Assembly (NCBI RefSeq): GCF_009914755.1
Contig: NC_060925.1
DNA: 64,000 bases
Direction: 5' to 3' (one strand)
From: the human T2T-CHM13v2.0 reference genome, Homo sapiens
Below, piece by piece: positions 13,481-27,117 of this stretch. A program made the translations under genes and the position numbers. The notes beneath the pieces are model-generated. The model had not been told where the DNA came from, did no database searches, and saw nothing but the letters and a program-made list of their open reading frames with translations. The stretch's first letter is position 1. Every line of letters starts with the position of its first letter.

Positions 13481-14460
13481 TAACCAAGATTTAACCTTGA
13501 CTTTATCAAGGAGCCTTCCCTAGGGTACACCTCTTAGAATCCTATATGAGCAGGTTTCATCCATTGCCTCCAAAAGTACCCTGTATATTTCTCCTTGCCT
13601 GGTGTCTCATCACCCATAAGTTTCCAGGATGTATTGAGAGCCTCATCTATTTGAACTTGCTGACAGTATCCTCCCTAAACAGGATTCCTATGTTTTCCAA
13701 GATGTGCCTCTGATGTATTTCTATGTCTTCCTCCCTGATCTCTGTGGTTACCTGAATTACGTGGATATCTGTAGCCTCTTATCTATAATTTTTATAGTTT
13801 CTGAATCATTTCTTAATTCTGACTAAGATATTAAACTCTTCCTATTCTCTTTTTATCAAATACTACATTCTGTTACTTTGATTCGTATTATTTATTCTAA
13901 TATTTAAATTTCTCTAATTCAAAAATGTGAAAGGTATGAGAAGCAAGAATATGATATTGAACAAGGATATAATTTAGGAGTAAATAGTGTTAGCTTGTTA
14001 TATAGTGATTATAGAATAATGAACTCTGGTATAAATTAATTTAAAAATTCAACCAAAGGAGTAAGTTACGGAAAGTGTCAAAAATATCTTATTATAAAGC
14101 CAACTTATTTATAAGATAGTCTTAAAGTTTGAGCAATTTGACATAAACTGAAATTGAAAACAAATTTTTAGAGTGAAAGATTCTCTTTATTTAAGGTTAT
14201 TATAATTTGAAGTCCCATGCTTTTTATCATCTATCACCTTAAGGAAATGGTTGGGCTTCTAAGTGTCTCTCTTCATTTATAAAGCAAAAAAGAAACACCC
14301 ACTGTTTTTACCTAAGAGAGGAATATCAACAGGGTAAATTTACAATATAATATGAACAATAATTCAAATTCAATGATTTGACAGTTTAATATTTAAGTTT
14401 ATGTTTAATATGCCTGTATAATATACCGATGACTTATTTGTTGTTTGTAATGTCTTCCAG

Positions 14461-14655
14461 CACCTCCAGTTTTCATACAAGAACCTGCTGATGTGTCTAT
14501 GGAAATTGGCTCAAATGTGACATTACCTTGTTATGTTCAGGGTTATCCAGAACCAACAATCAAATGGCGAAGATTAGACAACATGCCAATTTTCTCAAGA
14601 CCTTTTTCAGTTAGTTCCATCAGCCAACTAAGAACAGGAGCTCTCTTTATTTTAA
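14461..14655 (+). CDS. HMCN1: HMCN1 exon (~16): SPPVFIQEPADVSMEIGSNVTLPCYVQGYPEPTIKWRRLDNMPIFSRPFSVSSISQLRTGALFIL(N)
   Basis: tcttccag| and |gtaggt; overlaps ORF 14493..14738. Confidence 0.96.
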
Positions 14656-15339
14656 GTAGGTTGAAGGAAATATATTTTGTACGAATATGTACTTTTATGT
14701 TATATATTTATGTTTTATACATAGGTATTGCTATTTAAAATAGTATATTAATCTTGCCAACACATTTTATGTTCATTGCATTTTACTTTGAAATAGTACT
14801 GGCATTTTATATTCGGGAATTGTCATAAATGAGTTATATTTTATTCAAATGTATGTCATTAATTTATCATAAGGGCTTATGAAACAATATGACTTCTTCA
14901 TATCTTACCATTTCTTATTGCAAATAGAGTCATCTGAGCCTTTACATAGATAAGTGGTCACATTACCTTGATTCTTGTAACAATTGTTGTATAGAAAGAT
15001 AAAATATTACTATTAGTTAACTTTATTTATTTTGTCAAACAGTACATAACAACATAGGGATGCCTTGGAATCTCCTTTATTAAAAGCTGTATCCACCTGA
15101 AGCAAAAGATCCCTGCCACCCCCACAAAAGTCAAATACTTTCTTATCTAAAAATTTTATAAGCTATTCAGTATTCAGATATTTGGAAGCACCTTCTATTT
15201 TTTCAAATAATGCTAAGAATAATTGCATGGTGTTACCAGAGGAGGAAAAGCATTTAGATAATTAATTGCATTTTTAAAAATAATGGGATGTTTGGGGTAT
15301 TTTATAGAAAGCTTTTAATCAGTTACTGCTAAGTTAATT

Positions 15340-15654
15340 ATTTTAATTATTTTTATTTTTATATTTTGGGTGGGTACGGGTTCTCATTCTGTTGCCCAGG
15401 CTGGAGTGCAGTGGCATGAACTTGGCTCACTGCAAACTCCACCTTACAGGTTCAAGCAATTGTCCTGCTTCAGCCTCCTGAGTAGCTGGGATTACAGGTG
15501 TGAACCACCATACCCAGCTAATTTTTGTATTTTTGGTAGAGATAGGGTTTTACCATGTTGGCCAGGCTGGTCTCGAATTCTTGACCTCAAATGATCCACC
15601 CACATCGTCTTCCCAAAGTACTGGGATTGCTGTCGTGAACCACCATGTCTGGCC
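15340..15654 (-). mobile_element. Old Alu (AluJ/AluS), antisense
   Basis: ctgttgcccaggctggagtgcagtggc...cccaaagtactgggatt; degenerate T-rich tail. Confidence 0.92.
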
Positions 15655-17651
15655 CAAGTTTATTAACAATATTAAATATACATTGGCCACTTAAACTTCC
15701 AGATATAAATTAAATTGTCTAATAACAAGTGCTTCAGTGTTCAGCTCTGTGGTGAGCTCTGTGGTGGACAGATTCAGATATAGGGTCCCTCACTCAGGTA
15801 GTTTGCAGTCCATTCTCTGAGTGGATGCCCATGAAAGGAGCTACTGGGAAGTACACATCAGATTGGGTCAGATTGTGCATGACTTGAATGTCCAGGTGAA
15901 AAAATGGATTTGATGAGCTAGAAGTTAGAGAGCCCCATTCCAAGTTTGATAGGCAGGAAAAGGTACATGAAAGTACTGTTTCAGAACAACACCGCTACAA
16001 GATAGGAAGAGAGATGAGAGAAAGGGAACATTGAAAAGCTCAAAGAGTGATGATGAGAAACAACCCAGATGTTGATAAAAAGTGAGACCTGAAAACAAAT
16101 TGATTAAAGGAGACAAAAGAAAAGGAAGAATAAAAGAGCTCAATATCTTGAGCAACAGTTGCCTAATTGTCGAAATTAAATTGTCTGGAAGGAAATTAGT
16201 AATTAGAAACTTGGTTCTCATGGTATGTTGTATTTCTACACAAATTAGCCCAAGAATTCGTAATATGAAAAATATCCCAGTTAGAACTAATGTATGATTT
16301 ATTAATGGGGTGGTTTGCTGAATTTTTATTTCCAAATGAATGTTTGCTATTTAGAGTAGATGCTACCTTAATTTACCAGATGCAGTTCTACAATTAGATG
16401 CATATGGTTAGCAGAGGAGTAGAAACTTTGTCATGGTTCTTTATCTGAGATAGTATGGGACTATGGATGCTGGAAAGCTGCACTTTTCTCTGTTCAAATC
16501 TTATCAATAGATTAAACTGCTCATTTTGGTTCATATATTTACAAGATTATACCCATTCCCCTATTTAAAATCCTCTCCTTCCTTCCTGATTGCTCACAAG
16601 ACAAAACCATACTCTTGAGAATGTACCAGCCCACCTCTTCAACTTCAGTCTCCTGACTATCCCCACGCAACCTATAACTCAGTAGTCCCCATCCTCATGG
16701 CTCCAATACCCTCTTTAATTACAAATATTTTGTAATATCATTTTATTATCTTGAAAAATTCTATATATTTGATCTAACTACATAATAAAAATTATTTTAA
16801 TGTCTAACACATACAAATGAAAAATGAGGGAAAGTAATTTATACTAAAATAATGCATATTTCAATACGTAAATACTCTGGCATTGTCTACAGAATATGAA
16901 GATACATTTATGTGGCATCATTATGAATTCAATAGCTCAAATGCAGACTCATGCAGGAGTATAGGATTGATGACTCAAAAACTCCAAGCTGGTGAAGTGA
17001 TTTTCTAAGATGATGTGCAATTATTACTAAAGTTCTGTCTTTCTTCTGCACATACAGAATTAGGTTGCAGACTCATGTAGTTACAAACAAAGTTATGAAA
17101 TACACACATTTCAGTGGGAGCTTCAAAGTCGTGCTGGACTTGGGATAATTGTTTCTTTGCGAATCTGGCCCATGTTTCACCTCTCTAGTTTTTACCCACT
17201 GAATGCCAGCAGACTTCTCCAGTCATTGCATCAACTAAAAAATCTCCCCTGCAAACTTCTAACAGGGTGGTGGTGCAGAGCACCACCATTGATGGTGCAG
17301 CTTTCCATTCTTTGTACAGGCCATGATTTTTCTAGTCATGCTCTTGCCTTTGTAACCGATTAGAACTGGACTGCCCGTCCTCTATTCTACTCACTCAGAT
17401 ATTACCTCAGTGTGAATCCTTCTCCAATTGCCTTTCATGCAGTCACTTCTGTCTCTGCTTCCAGAGCTCACTGTCTGGAACTCTTTGTTAGCACTTATTT
17501 CACTGTGGTGTGATGGCTGGTTTCTGTGTATGTCCCTTCTTCAACCAGAAGGCAGTGCACACTTTCCATGCACAGATCTCAGCACTGTTTCTGGCACATA
17601 GTTAATTCTCCATAGATGGTATTGGATGAGTAAATGAGTTCTTCCTTTTAG

Positions 17652-17747
17652 ACTTATGGGCAAGTGATAAAGGAACCTATATTTGTGAAGCTGAAAACCA
17701 GTTTGGAAAGATCCAGTCAGAGACAACAGTAACAGTGACCGGACTTG
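17652..17747 (+). CDS. HMCN1: HMCN1 exon (~17): NLWASDKGTYICEAENQFGKIQSETTVTVTGL(V)
   Basis: ccttttag| and |gtaaga; DKGTYIC motif; not in the ORF track in this frame, translated by hand. Confidence 0.96.
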
Positions 17748-17992
17748 GTAAGATCAATTGAATGTCTACATACCATGGTCTTCAAAGTCATCAGACTTCT
17801 TTTACTATGTCATCTCTTGCCTGTGCCACTTAAAAAAAAACAAAAGATAAATGACTAATTACTAGAGCAGCCTTCCCTTCCCTGCCACACTTCATATTTC
17901 TTAGAATGTTAGTCCTGGAAATAACCTTAGAGATTATCTGCTCCAAAATGAAGGGCAATTTAAATAAATTATTTCAAATCTAAATATGAATA

Positions 17993-18022
17993 CACACATG
18001 CACACACACACACACACACACA
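17993..18022. repeat. (CA)n microsatellite
   Basis: Read directly. Confidence 0.9.
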
Positions 18023-18935
18023 TATTAGAGTTGTGGTCTTTTCTGATTCCTTTTTTACATTTGTTATTTTAGTCAACATGGAATTATTTTTGTGTATGAT
18101 AGGTAAAAATATAATATCATTTATTTCCAAGTAAGACATTTGATGCAATATCTATTATTGAATATTCTCTTCCCACTGACTAAAATACCCATTTGATCAT
18201 GTAGTAAGTTTATGTCCCCATGTCTATTCCTTAGAATTCTATTTCTGAAATAGTACTACGTTGCTTAAATTATTATAGCATTTAATATGATTTTTATATC
18301 TGTCAGTACATGTTTCTCATTAATACCCTTTTACACAGTTTTTAAAATATGTCTTCATTAGTCTACATACACGTTTTCCAAGTAAAATCTCTTAGGGATT
18401 TTACTTTATGTTAAATTTATTCATTAATTTTTAGAGAAGGGCATATTTACAATACTCCTTTACCATTCCATCTAAGAGAGTCAACCTCATATTATTTGCT
18501 TGAGATATTACAACAGCATCCTTATTGATCCCATTTCTTCCAGTGTACTTACAGTTTTCAGATTAATATTTCCCCAGAAAATGATCCTGATGATTCCACT
18601 TTTCCACTTATAAATGCTTTCAGTTACTCTCCATTTGTCTACTGAATACATTGCAAATATCTTGGCTTGACATTTCAGGCCTTCCATGCCATAAGCATTC
18701 TTTTTTACCTTCTTTACTACTGCAGTAATGTATTACCTGTCCTTTTGCATTCCCCCTACTTAGAAGGAGACTTTAATTTTTACTTTCAAAATCATACCCA
18801 TTTTCATGTAAATATTTTGTTTCTGAAAACTCAAACTTTTATAGCATAACTAACAGTCTTTGGGGCCTGTGAAGTGGCTTACCTTTCTTTTGGGTGAAAT
18901 AGAGTTGAAAGTGCCTGTGCTCTCTCTTGATTTAG

Positions 18936-19063
18936 TTGCTCCACTTATTGGAATCAGCCCTTCAGTGGCCAATGTTATTGAAGGACAGCAGCTTACTTTG
19001 CCCTGTACTCTGTTAGCTGGAAATCCCATTCCAGAACGTCGGTGGATTAAGAATTCAGCTATG
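18936..19063 (+). CDS. HMCN1: HMCN1 exon (~18): VAPLIGISPSVANVIEGQQLTLPCTLLAGNPIPERRWIKNSAM
   Basis: gatttag| and |gtaaga; overlaps ORF 18860..19078. Confidence 0.96.
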
Positions 19064-19096
19064 GTAAGAACATTTTAAATGCATGCATTCACATTC

Positions 19097-19414
19097 TTTT
19101 GTGAGTTTTCTTTTCTTTTTTTTTTTTTTTCTTTGAGACAGTTTCATTCTGTCACCTAGGCTGGAGTGCAGTGGTGGGATCTAGGCTCACCGCAACCTCT
19201 GCCTCCTGGGTTGAAGGGATTCTCATGCCTCAGCCTCCAGAGTAGCAGGATTACAGGTGACCGCCACCATGCCCAGCTAATTTTTGTATTTTTTAGCAGA
19301 GATGGGGTTTCACCACGTTTGCCAGGCTGGTCTCAAACTCCTGACCTCAAGTGATCCATCCACCTCGGCCTCTCAAAGTGCTGGGATTACAGGTGTGAAC
19401 CACCACACCTGGCC
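19097..19414 (-). mobile_element. AluS, antisense, starting ~35 bp after an exon donor
   Basis: Full Alu dimer, candidate TSD cacattc on both sides. Confidence 0.95.
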
Positions 19415-20016
19415 CACATTCCTAATTTTCTTGAGTAAGAAGTAATGTATTCCAATCACCAAAAGTATCGATTTAATAAATATACAAAAATATGTTTTTA
19501 TAAGTATATCAAAGCTTTTCTTTATTATTGACATATTTTTGTTATTCATATTATTTTGGCATTAATAAAATGGAGAAATAGTGTTGTAATTTTCATAATT
19601 TTATATTAAATTCAGTGTCACTAGTGAACTTTTTTCAGAATATAGAAGAACTGAAGCAAATATTGTTATTTTCATAGTACTTAAATATTTTTGTGCTCTT
19701 CTTTGTAGTACATTGTTAAACGTTAATATTCCCATAAAATTCTTCCATTTTATATATCAATCTTTATTATTATTAACTTTAAACATATCTCTCATTATGA
19801 ACTATATAAAAATGTAGATATATATTGTCATTGTTTTTCGGTGTAAAATTTTTTTTATGAAAGGATGTGAAAAATGTTTACAGTTCTATGAAATTTTTTC
19901 TGTAAATAAGCTATCTATGGCAATACATTTTCTTCTGGCTCAGAGCATTTTTCTTTCCATTTTCCAGAATGTTGAGACTCACTCTCTTCTTGAAGTACTG
20001 ATTAGAAGTGAATATG

Positions 20017-20128
20017 CTGAACCCAGGAGGCGGAGGTTGCAGTGAGCCGAGATCGTGCCACTGCACTCCAGCCTGGGTGACAGAGCAAGACTCCGTCTCA
20101 AAAAAAATAAAAAATAAAAATTAAAAAA
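20017..20128 (+). mobile_element. 5'-truncated Alu (right-arm 3' end plus A-rich tail)
   Basis: tgaacccaggaggcggaggttgcagtgagccgagatcgtgccactgcactccagcctgggtgacagagcaagactccgtctcaaaa; candidate TSD aagtgaat. Confidence 0.92.
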
Positions 20129-20842
20129 AAGTGAATTGACTCCATCTAAGAAAATGTAAAATTTCATATTTGCATAAAATCCTGAGGAAAAATTAGCAAA
20201 CCTCACTTAAAAATAAATGTCCTTGCAGAATGATAGTATTTGAGCACACAAGTATCTTATATGCAGTGTGGATGGATGATACAGATTTAGAGGTGATCAT
20301 TCTTAACTGAAAATATTACCAGCCCTCCCTGACACAATTCAGATGTCACATATTGTCCACTAATATTTGCATCTGTTACCTAACAAGGGTGGGTGTTGAG
20401 GTTAAGTCCTTCTCCCTTGGCATGAGTAAGTGCCTATGTGCCAAAATAAAAATATCAAATGGCTTGCTAGTGGTAATAAGGCCTTCTTGGAAAAGAACAC
20501 TTTAAGCCAAAAGTAAATATTATAGTGAAATTTGGGTTTTGAGTGATGACAAAATTTACAGGAACATTAAACAAGTGATGTCTATATCTTTCTTTTTTTA
20601 GCTTGTGCTTAACTCTCTGATAAATATTAATAGGTATAATATTTGGAGGTATATCAGGATTAAATTGTACAATCACACTCTTGGTAACATTTATGCTCAT
20701 CGTTCTTCACTTAAGGACATTAGAATATTTTGTTTATAGACTTTTAGTAACCCAGTTGGGAAAAAAAGAAAAAGCAGGTTCATTTTTGACTCTCACAAAT
20801 CCTTTCTTTTTAAATAAAAATTACCTTTTTTTTTCCTTTAAG

Positions 20843-20987
20843 TTGCTCCAAAATCCTTACATCACTGTGCGCAGTGATGGGAGCCTCCATATTGAAAGAG
20901 TTCAGCTTCAGGATGGTGGTGAATATACTTGTGTGGCCAGTAACGTTGCTGGGACCAATAACAAAACTACCTCTGTGGTTGTGCATG
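20843..20987 (+). CDS. HMCN1: HMCN1 exon (~19): LLQNPYITVRSDGSLHIERVQLQDGGEYTCVASNVAGTNNKTTSVVVH(V)
   Basis: cctttaag| and |gtaaga; DGGEYTC motif. Confidence 0.97.
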
Positions 20988-23362
20988 GTAAGAGACACAC
21001 CCAATGTTATTGTTTCGAAACTGTGTTCAAAGTAGTTGTTCTTATATTTTAATCAAATAACTCTGTTCCTCTAATTACAATTAGATATCTCTCTTAATTG
21101 TTATTTCCTATTTCTTGAACAATATCTACATTGTTAATGTTGTTTCCAGATTTCCCTTTTTTATGTACACAAAAAGACATTCTTGGGAGTCACCAGCTGA
21201 GTCTGGCCAAGGGGTTTTGTAAGTGGTTTCTTAATTGTTAAAAGTGACCTTGGCTCTCAAAGAATTATGTTTAAAAATACATTTTAATTTCAGACAAGCT
21301 GAACTCATTATACCCTCCAGATTGCCTTTTCTTTTTGGATTGTGCAACCAGCATGTCCTTACTAATGACCCCTTTGTGCTTGAGCTAGAAATGACCTAAG
21401 CTTTTCTAAAGGTCACCTCATGTGCTCCAAACAATCTTCTTGCATGTTAAATAACTTAAAGGTCACAAATAAGAAGATCCAGAAGCAATCTTTTTTCCAT
21501 TCGTGACTAACAGTAACCAGCTTTTTACATCTCAATAATTGACAGCTTCATAGATTAAGAAATTGTCATAACTTTTTAATATACTTTTTAAAGACTCTGC
21601 AACATTGCTTTTTTAAAAAAAACAAAAAAAACCATTGCATTAAAAATAGCTTTGTGTTCAGAGCTGAATATCTGAGGGAAGAAAGTACTACAAAATACTT
21701 ATTTTTAGTAGTTGATTTATTCTTTATTTAGAGTGTGAATTGGAGAGTCCAGTAGTTTTCCAATTTTGTTTGGTCTATTGACAATATCACTGAATGCAGA
21801 CCATTTTCTTTTGTTATGTCTGCTTCTCTTAAACAGCCTCTTCCACCTTTCTCAGTTTTACGTTAAGTATCCACCACATCACCTTAGATATTCTTGGAGA
21901 AATATTATTTTGAAGAAATACTAAAGCAACACTAAATTAGTTATAACCTAGAGGAATAAATGCATACTGACAGATTGGATATGGTTGTGTAACTATTTTT
22001 CAAGAAGACCAGACCATAGATTTCTTGAACAGTGCTTATAGACTAGTTTAAGAATCTAGTGTGGGAGTGCCCTCATGTTATCTCTCTTTGACTTCTAGTG
22101 ACTGCCTAGAATATTGTGTTGGATAGGATTCTGAGGCTGAATTTTCACTTGGGTGAAAAAAATGACAGGATTAATTAGGATGTCTTTCCTATCAGAGGGG
22201 CGAGGATACAGACAAACGAATGATATGGTGTATTGTGATGCAAGAAGTTTTAATATTAAAAATTAAGAGATCATTTCACAAAATTCGTTTGTCCATTTTA
22301 GTCCAAAATGAGTAACTAATTTAGTCAATGGAGTTAAAAAATTAGTGCAGCCATTTGGCATTAACTAAATCTTGCAGACATTTAGCAGATGGATGTGATG
22401 CAGCCTAGCAGCTCTCTATACCTCTGTATTTATGTTAATTAGCAGTGCTGTTCCTTCATCATTCTGTGTCTCCATTTTTAAGAATACTCATTAAAGGCTG
22501 TCAATCCAATTCTTAAAATAATGAATGAATACAAGTATAAGTGTAAATTAAAATGACAAAACAGTTTAATTGTCATATTGGTTTATATAGATTGACAATC
22601 TGAAAAGAAACTTCTCTTCCACACCCAAATGTCATTAGATTTCAAAACTGTTGCCTAAATTTGCCACTTTTCTTTATTGCTGTCAAACTCAGTATGTTTG
22701 TATCAAAATGGCTTATTCCATGTTGCCACAAATTGACAGCATAGTTGAAAGATGAATATTCCATGATGATTCTGAAAATTAATTTTCTTGCTTTAGAGAG
22801 TAGCCTGGCATTGTTGTTTAGGGCTGGGGATTTGCTGGCAATTCTTTAAGAATAAATTATCTAAAGAGTGAACCCAGCCATAGGAAAATATGAGTATGTA
22901 GCATATCTAATCTAAGCCTTCCAAGGGATTTTTTTGCACTGAGGTTTCTGGTGTCTCTAGTTCTAAAAAACTTCTCCAGAGTAGTTATGATAATCCTTGA
23001 AAAATCTGATTTTAAGGAAGAGAAATGATGAGTGATTGAGCTCCCGGGAGCAGTTCCAGTCTCATCTTTCCAGAGGATGGAAAGGAAACGCCTGTTATAG
23101 ATTGGGCTTTTATTGTCTTCTTCTCACTATGTTAGGAACTTTCATATATGCAAGCTTCTTTAATCAAAATCACCACTATTTTGAGAACATCGAGTATTGA
23201 TGATTTCTGTTTGTGAGAGTTGGTTCTGATTATGATTTACACAGAATGGAGGGATTAACCTTCCTTTTCCTTTTGCTTCTACTCATGTTAATTCTTCAGT
23301 TGCTTTCTAAAGTCAAAGGTGTTATTCTTCTTACTGAAAAATATTGACTTAGAATCCTTTTA

Positions 23363-23555
<193 letters not shown>

Positions 23556-24105
23556 AACTCTTAAGATTTGAGTTTTACCAATGAATTCTTCTTAACAAAA
23601 CAAAACTTTTTATCTAGGTTAAATGTAGTAACTCACTAAGTGATTCCTGAGTATAGATAGATATTTAATATGTAGTGGTTAAACAGCCCATTTCTCTGTA
23701 TGTAGGCTTATGTCAGCTTATTGCAGCTTAATGAATAAAGGACAGTGATTGGAGACATGCATTAAATGTGTAGCTCTTAGAGTGCAATTCTGTCTTGGGT
23801 TTCCAGCAAAAAAAAAAAAAGAATTTTCTTCAGTCCTCTCTTATTTTTGTTAGGAAAGTCAGCTTATTAGACATAACTTACTACTTGATTTTAAGTTTTT
23901 ATTTCATTTTTCAGATCATAACTACTTTATTGTCTTTGTTTAGCACACTCCTTTACAGAGATTATCCTACATTTTTATCAGAAAATGTTAAATAATTGCT
24001 CATTTTTACAAACATTGATGTTGTAATGAAAATGTTCAACTTTAAATAGATGATTTTAAATGGAAGAACAGGTGCTCAGATTCCAAATCCTACTTACCTT
24101 TTCAG

Positions 24106-24218
24106 TTCTGCCAACCATTCAGCATGGGCAGCAGATACTCAGTACAATTGAAGGCATTCCAGTAACTTTACCATGCAAAGCAAGTGGAAATCCCAAACCG
24201 TCTGTCATCTGGTCCAAG
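24106..24218 (+). CDS. HMCN1: HMCN1 exon (~20): VLPTIQHGQQILSTIEGIPVTLPCKASGNPKPSVIWSK
   Basis: ttttcag| and |gtaaat. Confidence 0.97.
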
Positions 24219-25339
24219 GTAAATGATACATCTAGTTATATTTCCTGAAGAGCAGAGTGTGAAGTTCACCTGCAAGTTATCCCTAGTCTTGAGCAGGAGG
24301 CTCAGGAGTGGGGCATGGAAAGAAGATAAGTTAATAAAGGATTTCCTATGTGGCTGGACAGATGTGCTAGGAACCCTCCAAGAAACCATATAGATGCACC
24401 TCAGAAGGCTCCCTCGGAGGGACAGGAAGTTGGGTATTTATACATGACATATTTCCTCCACTCCCCAGAGAAGCTTACACTGCTGCACTTGCTGGCTGTG
24501 GCCTTCTGGGGCTTTGGATAAAGCCCTGGTCCAAAAAAAAAAAAACAAAAAACTTAAGTGCAAGAAGGATGACCCTGGTGGCGCATGTGGAACTGACCAG
24601 TAGACCTGCGCTGAAATTAAGAGGGAAGAGGGCTTAGGGATGTGGCACGGGGTAAAAAAGGAACTGCTATGAGATGTAAAGTGCTTAGAAAAGTTCCCGG
24701 CACACAGGTTATGCTACGGACGTGTTCACTGTAATGTTGCTAATACCATTCAAGTCTCAAGTAGGTGATTTCACTAAAGGCCTTTTAAGGTTCCTTCTAA
24801 ATGATATGACTGCATGGATTTTCCTGTTTATAAAGTTCTGTGGTATAGTCACAAATTCTATGTATGACTAAAAATTGTAAGACACTTACACAAACTAATT
24901 TATTCCCCTCTATGTCCCTGTCATGTTGTTCAGCTTTTACTTGTATTCTTGCAGTAAAGAAAAGCCCATTTCCTGAGGAAGTCCTTTCACCCTTGAACAG
25001 CCACAAAGATGGCACATTTTCTGTAAATGAATTTGAACCCAGCAAATACAAAGTAATGACATGCTAATGAAGTATGGCATTTGTATAATTAGCACTACTA
25101 GTGTTTTGCCATACCATCTAGTTTTATCTATCTAAAAATCTCTGAAATATGGAGAAGTTGGTGTTGACATTTGTAAATAAATTAAAAAGTTAGCTTTTTA
25201 AAAAAATTATTCTGGACAGAAAAGTCACAGAAGTGAAGCTGATCCCTGAACTGCGCAGTAACTAGCACTGAGTAGAAGTTTAATGCATTTTAAGGAAAAT
25301 GTAAAAGTGAAATATTTCCAGGTTGATCTTTGTGCTGTG

Positions 25340-25600
25340 GCCAAGCACAGAGTAGTTAAGAACTTGGGCTCTAGAGCCTCGCTGCTGGATTTCAACCCCA
25401 GCTCTACCACTGATGGGCTTTGTGATCTTGGGCAAATTACTCTACTCCCCTCTCCCATGCTTTGATACTCTAAACTGCAAAATGAGGGTTGTGGTAGTTG
25501 CTACTCATAAGATTGATGTGAGTGTTAAAATTGTTAATTCAGGTAAAGTGCTCGAAACAGAGTCTGGCATAGCATAAGCATTCACTGTACCATCCTTATC
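25340..25600 (+). mobile_element. MIR SINE
   Basis: ggatttcaaccccagctctaccact...tgtgatcttgggcaaattactcta...ctgcaaaatgagg. Confidence 0.8.
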
Positions 25601-25644
25601 ATTGCTGTTCTCTGCCTTCTTAAGTAGCTCTGGAATGAAAATGA

Positions 25645-25969
<325 letters not shown>

Positions 25970-26162
25970 CAATTTTAGTACTTTTATTTGTCTAATTTTT
26001 CTCATAAATAACTTTTTTCAAGTTAGCATTTTAAAATTTACTCTATTCCCCTCTTGGAGATGTTTTTTTCTCTCTATTCCTCTTCCAGACATTGTCACTC
26101 TTTTATAATCTTGAAACAAACAAACAAACAAAAAACCCTTTGCTTTTCGCCGTGTTTTGCAG

Positions 26163-26322
26163 AAAGGAGAGCTGATTTCAACCAGCAGTGCTAAGTTTTC
26201 AGCAGGAGCTGATGGTAGTCTGTATGTGGTATCACCTGGAGGAGAGGAGAGTGGGGAGTATGTCTGCACTGCCACCAATGCAGCCGGCTACGCCAAAAGG
26301 AAAGTGCAGCTAACAGTCTATG
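26163..26322 (+). CDS. HMCN1: HMCN1 exon (~21): KGELISTSSAKFSAGADGSLYVVSPGGEESGEYVCTATNAAGYAKRKVQLTVY(V)
   Basis: ttttgcag| and |gtgaga. Confidence 0.97.
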
Positions 26323-26948
26323 GTGAGAGCTGGTGGAGGAATGGTTTTTATTGACATTGTCTATCTGTGCCAAAACTCACAGTTCTTTCCCCAATACTGT
26401 TACCAGATGCATGTACCCCTAAAGTGAACTGCTCCCCCAGATTTCTATTTTTTTTTTTTTTTTTTTTACAGAAATGCATTTTTTACTGCCAACCAAAATC
26501 ACTTCTACTTAGATTCTGATTTTAAGGAATGCAATTGTATAGTCTTTCGGAAAAATTTTATGGTGTTTTCCCAAGAAGTATGCTTATTGCACCCAACCCT
26601 CTTCAGTAACACCAGTTAGTTAACACTCCTAGCAAAGCCAAACCTCAGCTATGTCTTGGGTAGGAGTCTGCCTTGAGGGTTTACTTTTACAGATGTTAGA
26701 CTCTGAGAGGGCATTGCAGCTGATCTCTTCATTGTGTTCTAAAAGGAATTACTGACTAGAGAAAGTTTTTCGTCATTTCTCTTTTAGTTCTCACAATAAA
26801 TGTATTAATGGAAAGTTTTAGCTTATGTCCTGAATAGCATCTTTTTATAAATTACTTAAGAACATTAGTAGTCCACATTTTAGTGTAAATTAAACTGTGC
26901 TTTGTTTTCAATATACTGTTTCCCTTCCAAAACATGTGTTTATTTTAG

Positions 26949-27117
26949 TAAGGCCCAGAGTGTTTGGAGATCAACGAGGACTGTCCCAGGATAAGCCTGT
27001 TGAGATCTCCGTCCTTGCAGGGGAAGAGGTAACACTTCCATGTGAAGTGAAGAGCTTACCTCCACCCATAATTACTTGGGCCAAAGAAACCCAGCTCATC
27101 TCACCGTTCTCTCCAAG
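26949..27117 (+). CDS. HMCN1: HMCN1 exon (~22): VRPRVFGDQRGLSQDKPVEISVLAGEEVTLPCEVKSLPPPIITWAKETQLISPFSP(R)
   Basis: tattttag| and |gtagga. Confidence 0.96.

Noticed and set aside
17268-17288. Short perfect hairpins (tggtggtgc-aga-gcaccacca; also ~30743-30763 and ~63829-63851)
   Set aside because: Stems of 8-9 bp are expected by chance in 64 kb or inside DNA-transposon remnants; they are not terminators or miRNA-length stems.
26540-26600. MADE1/miR-548-like hairpin
   Set aside because: Only a short ttgcacccaacc resemblance, with no matching inverted arm.
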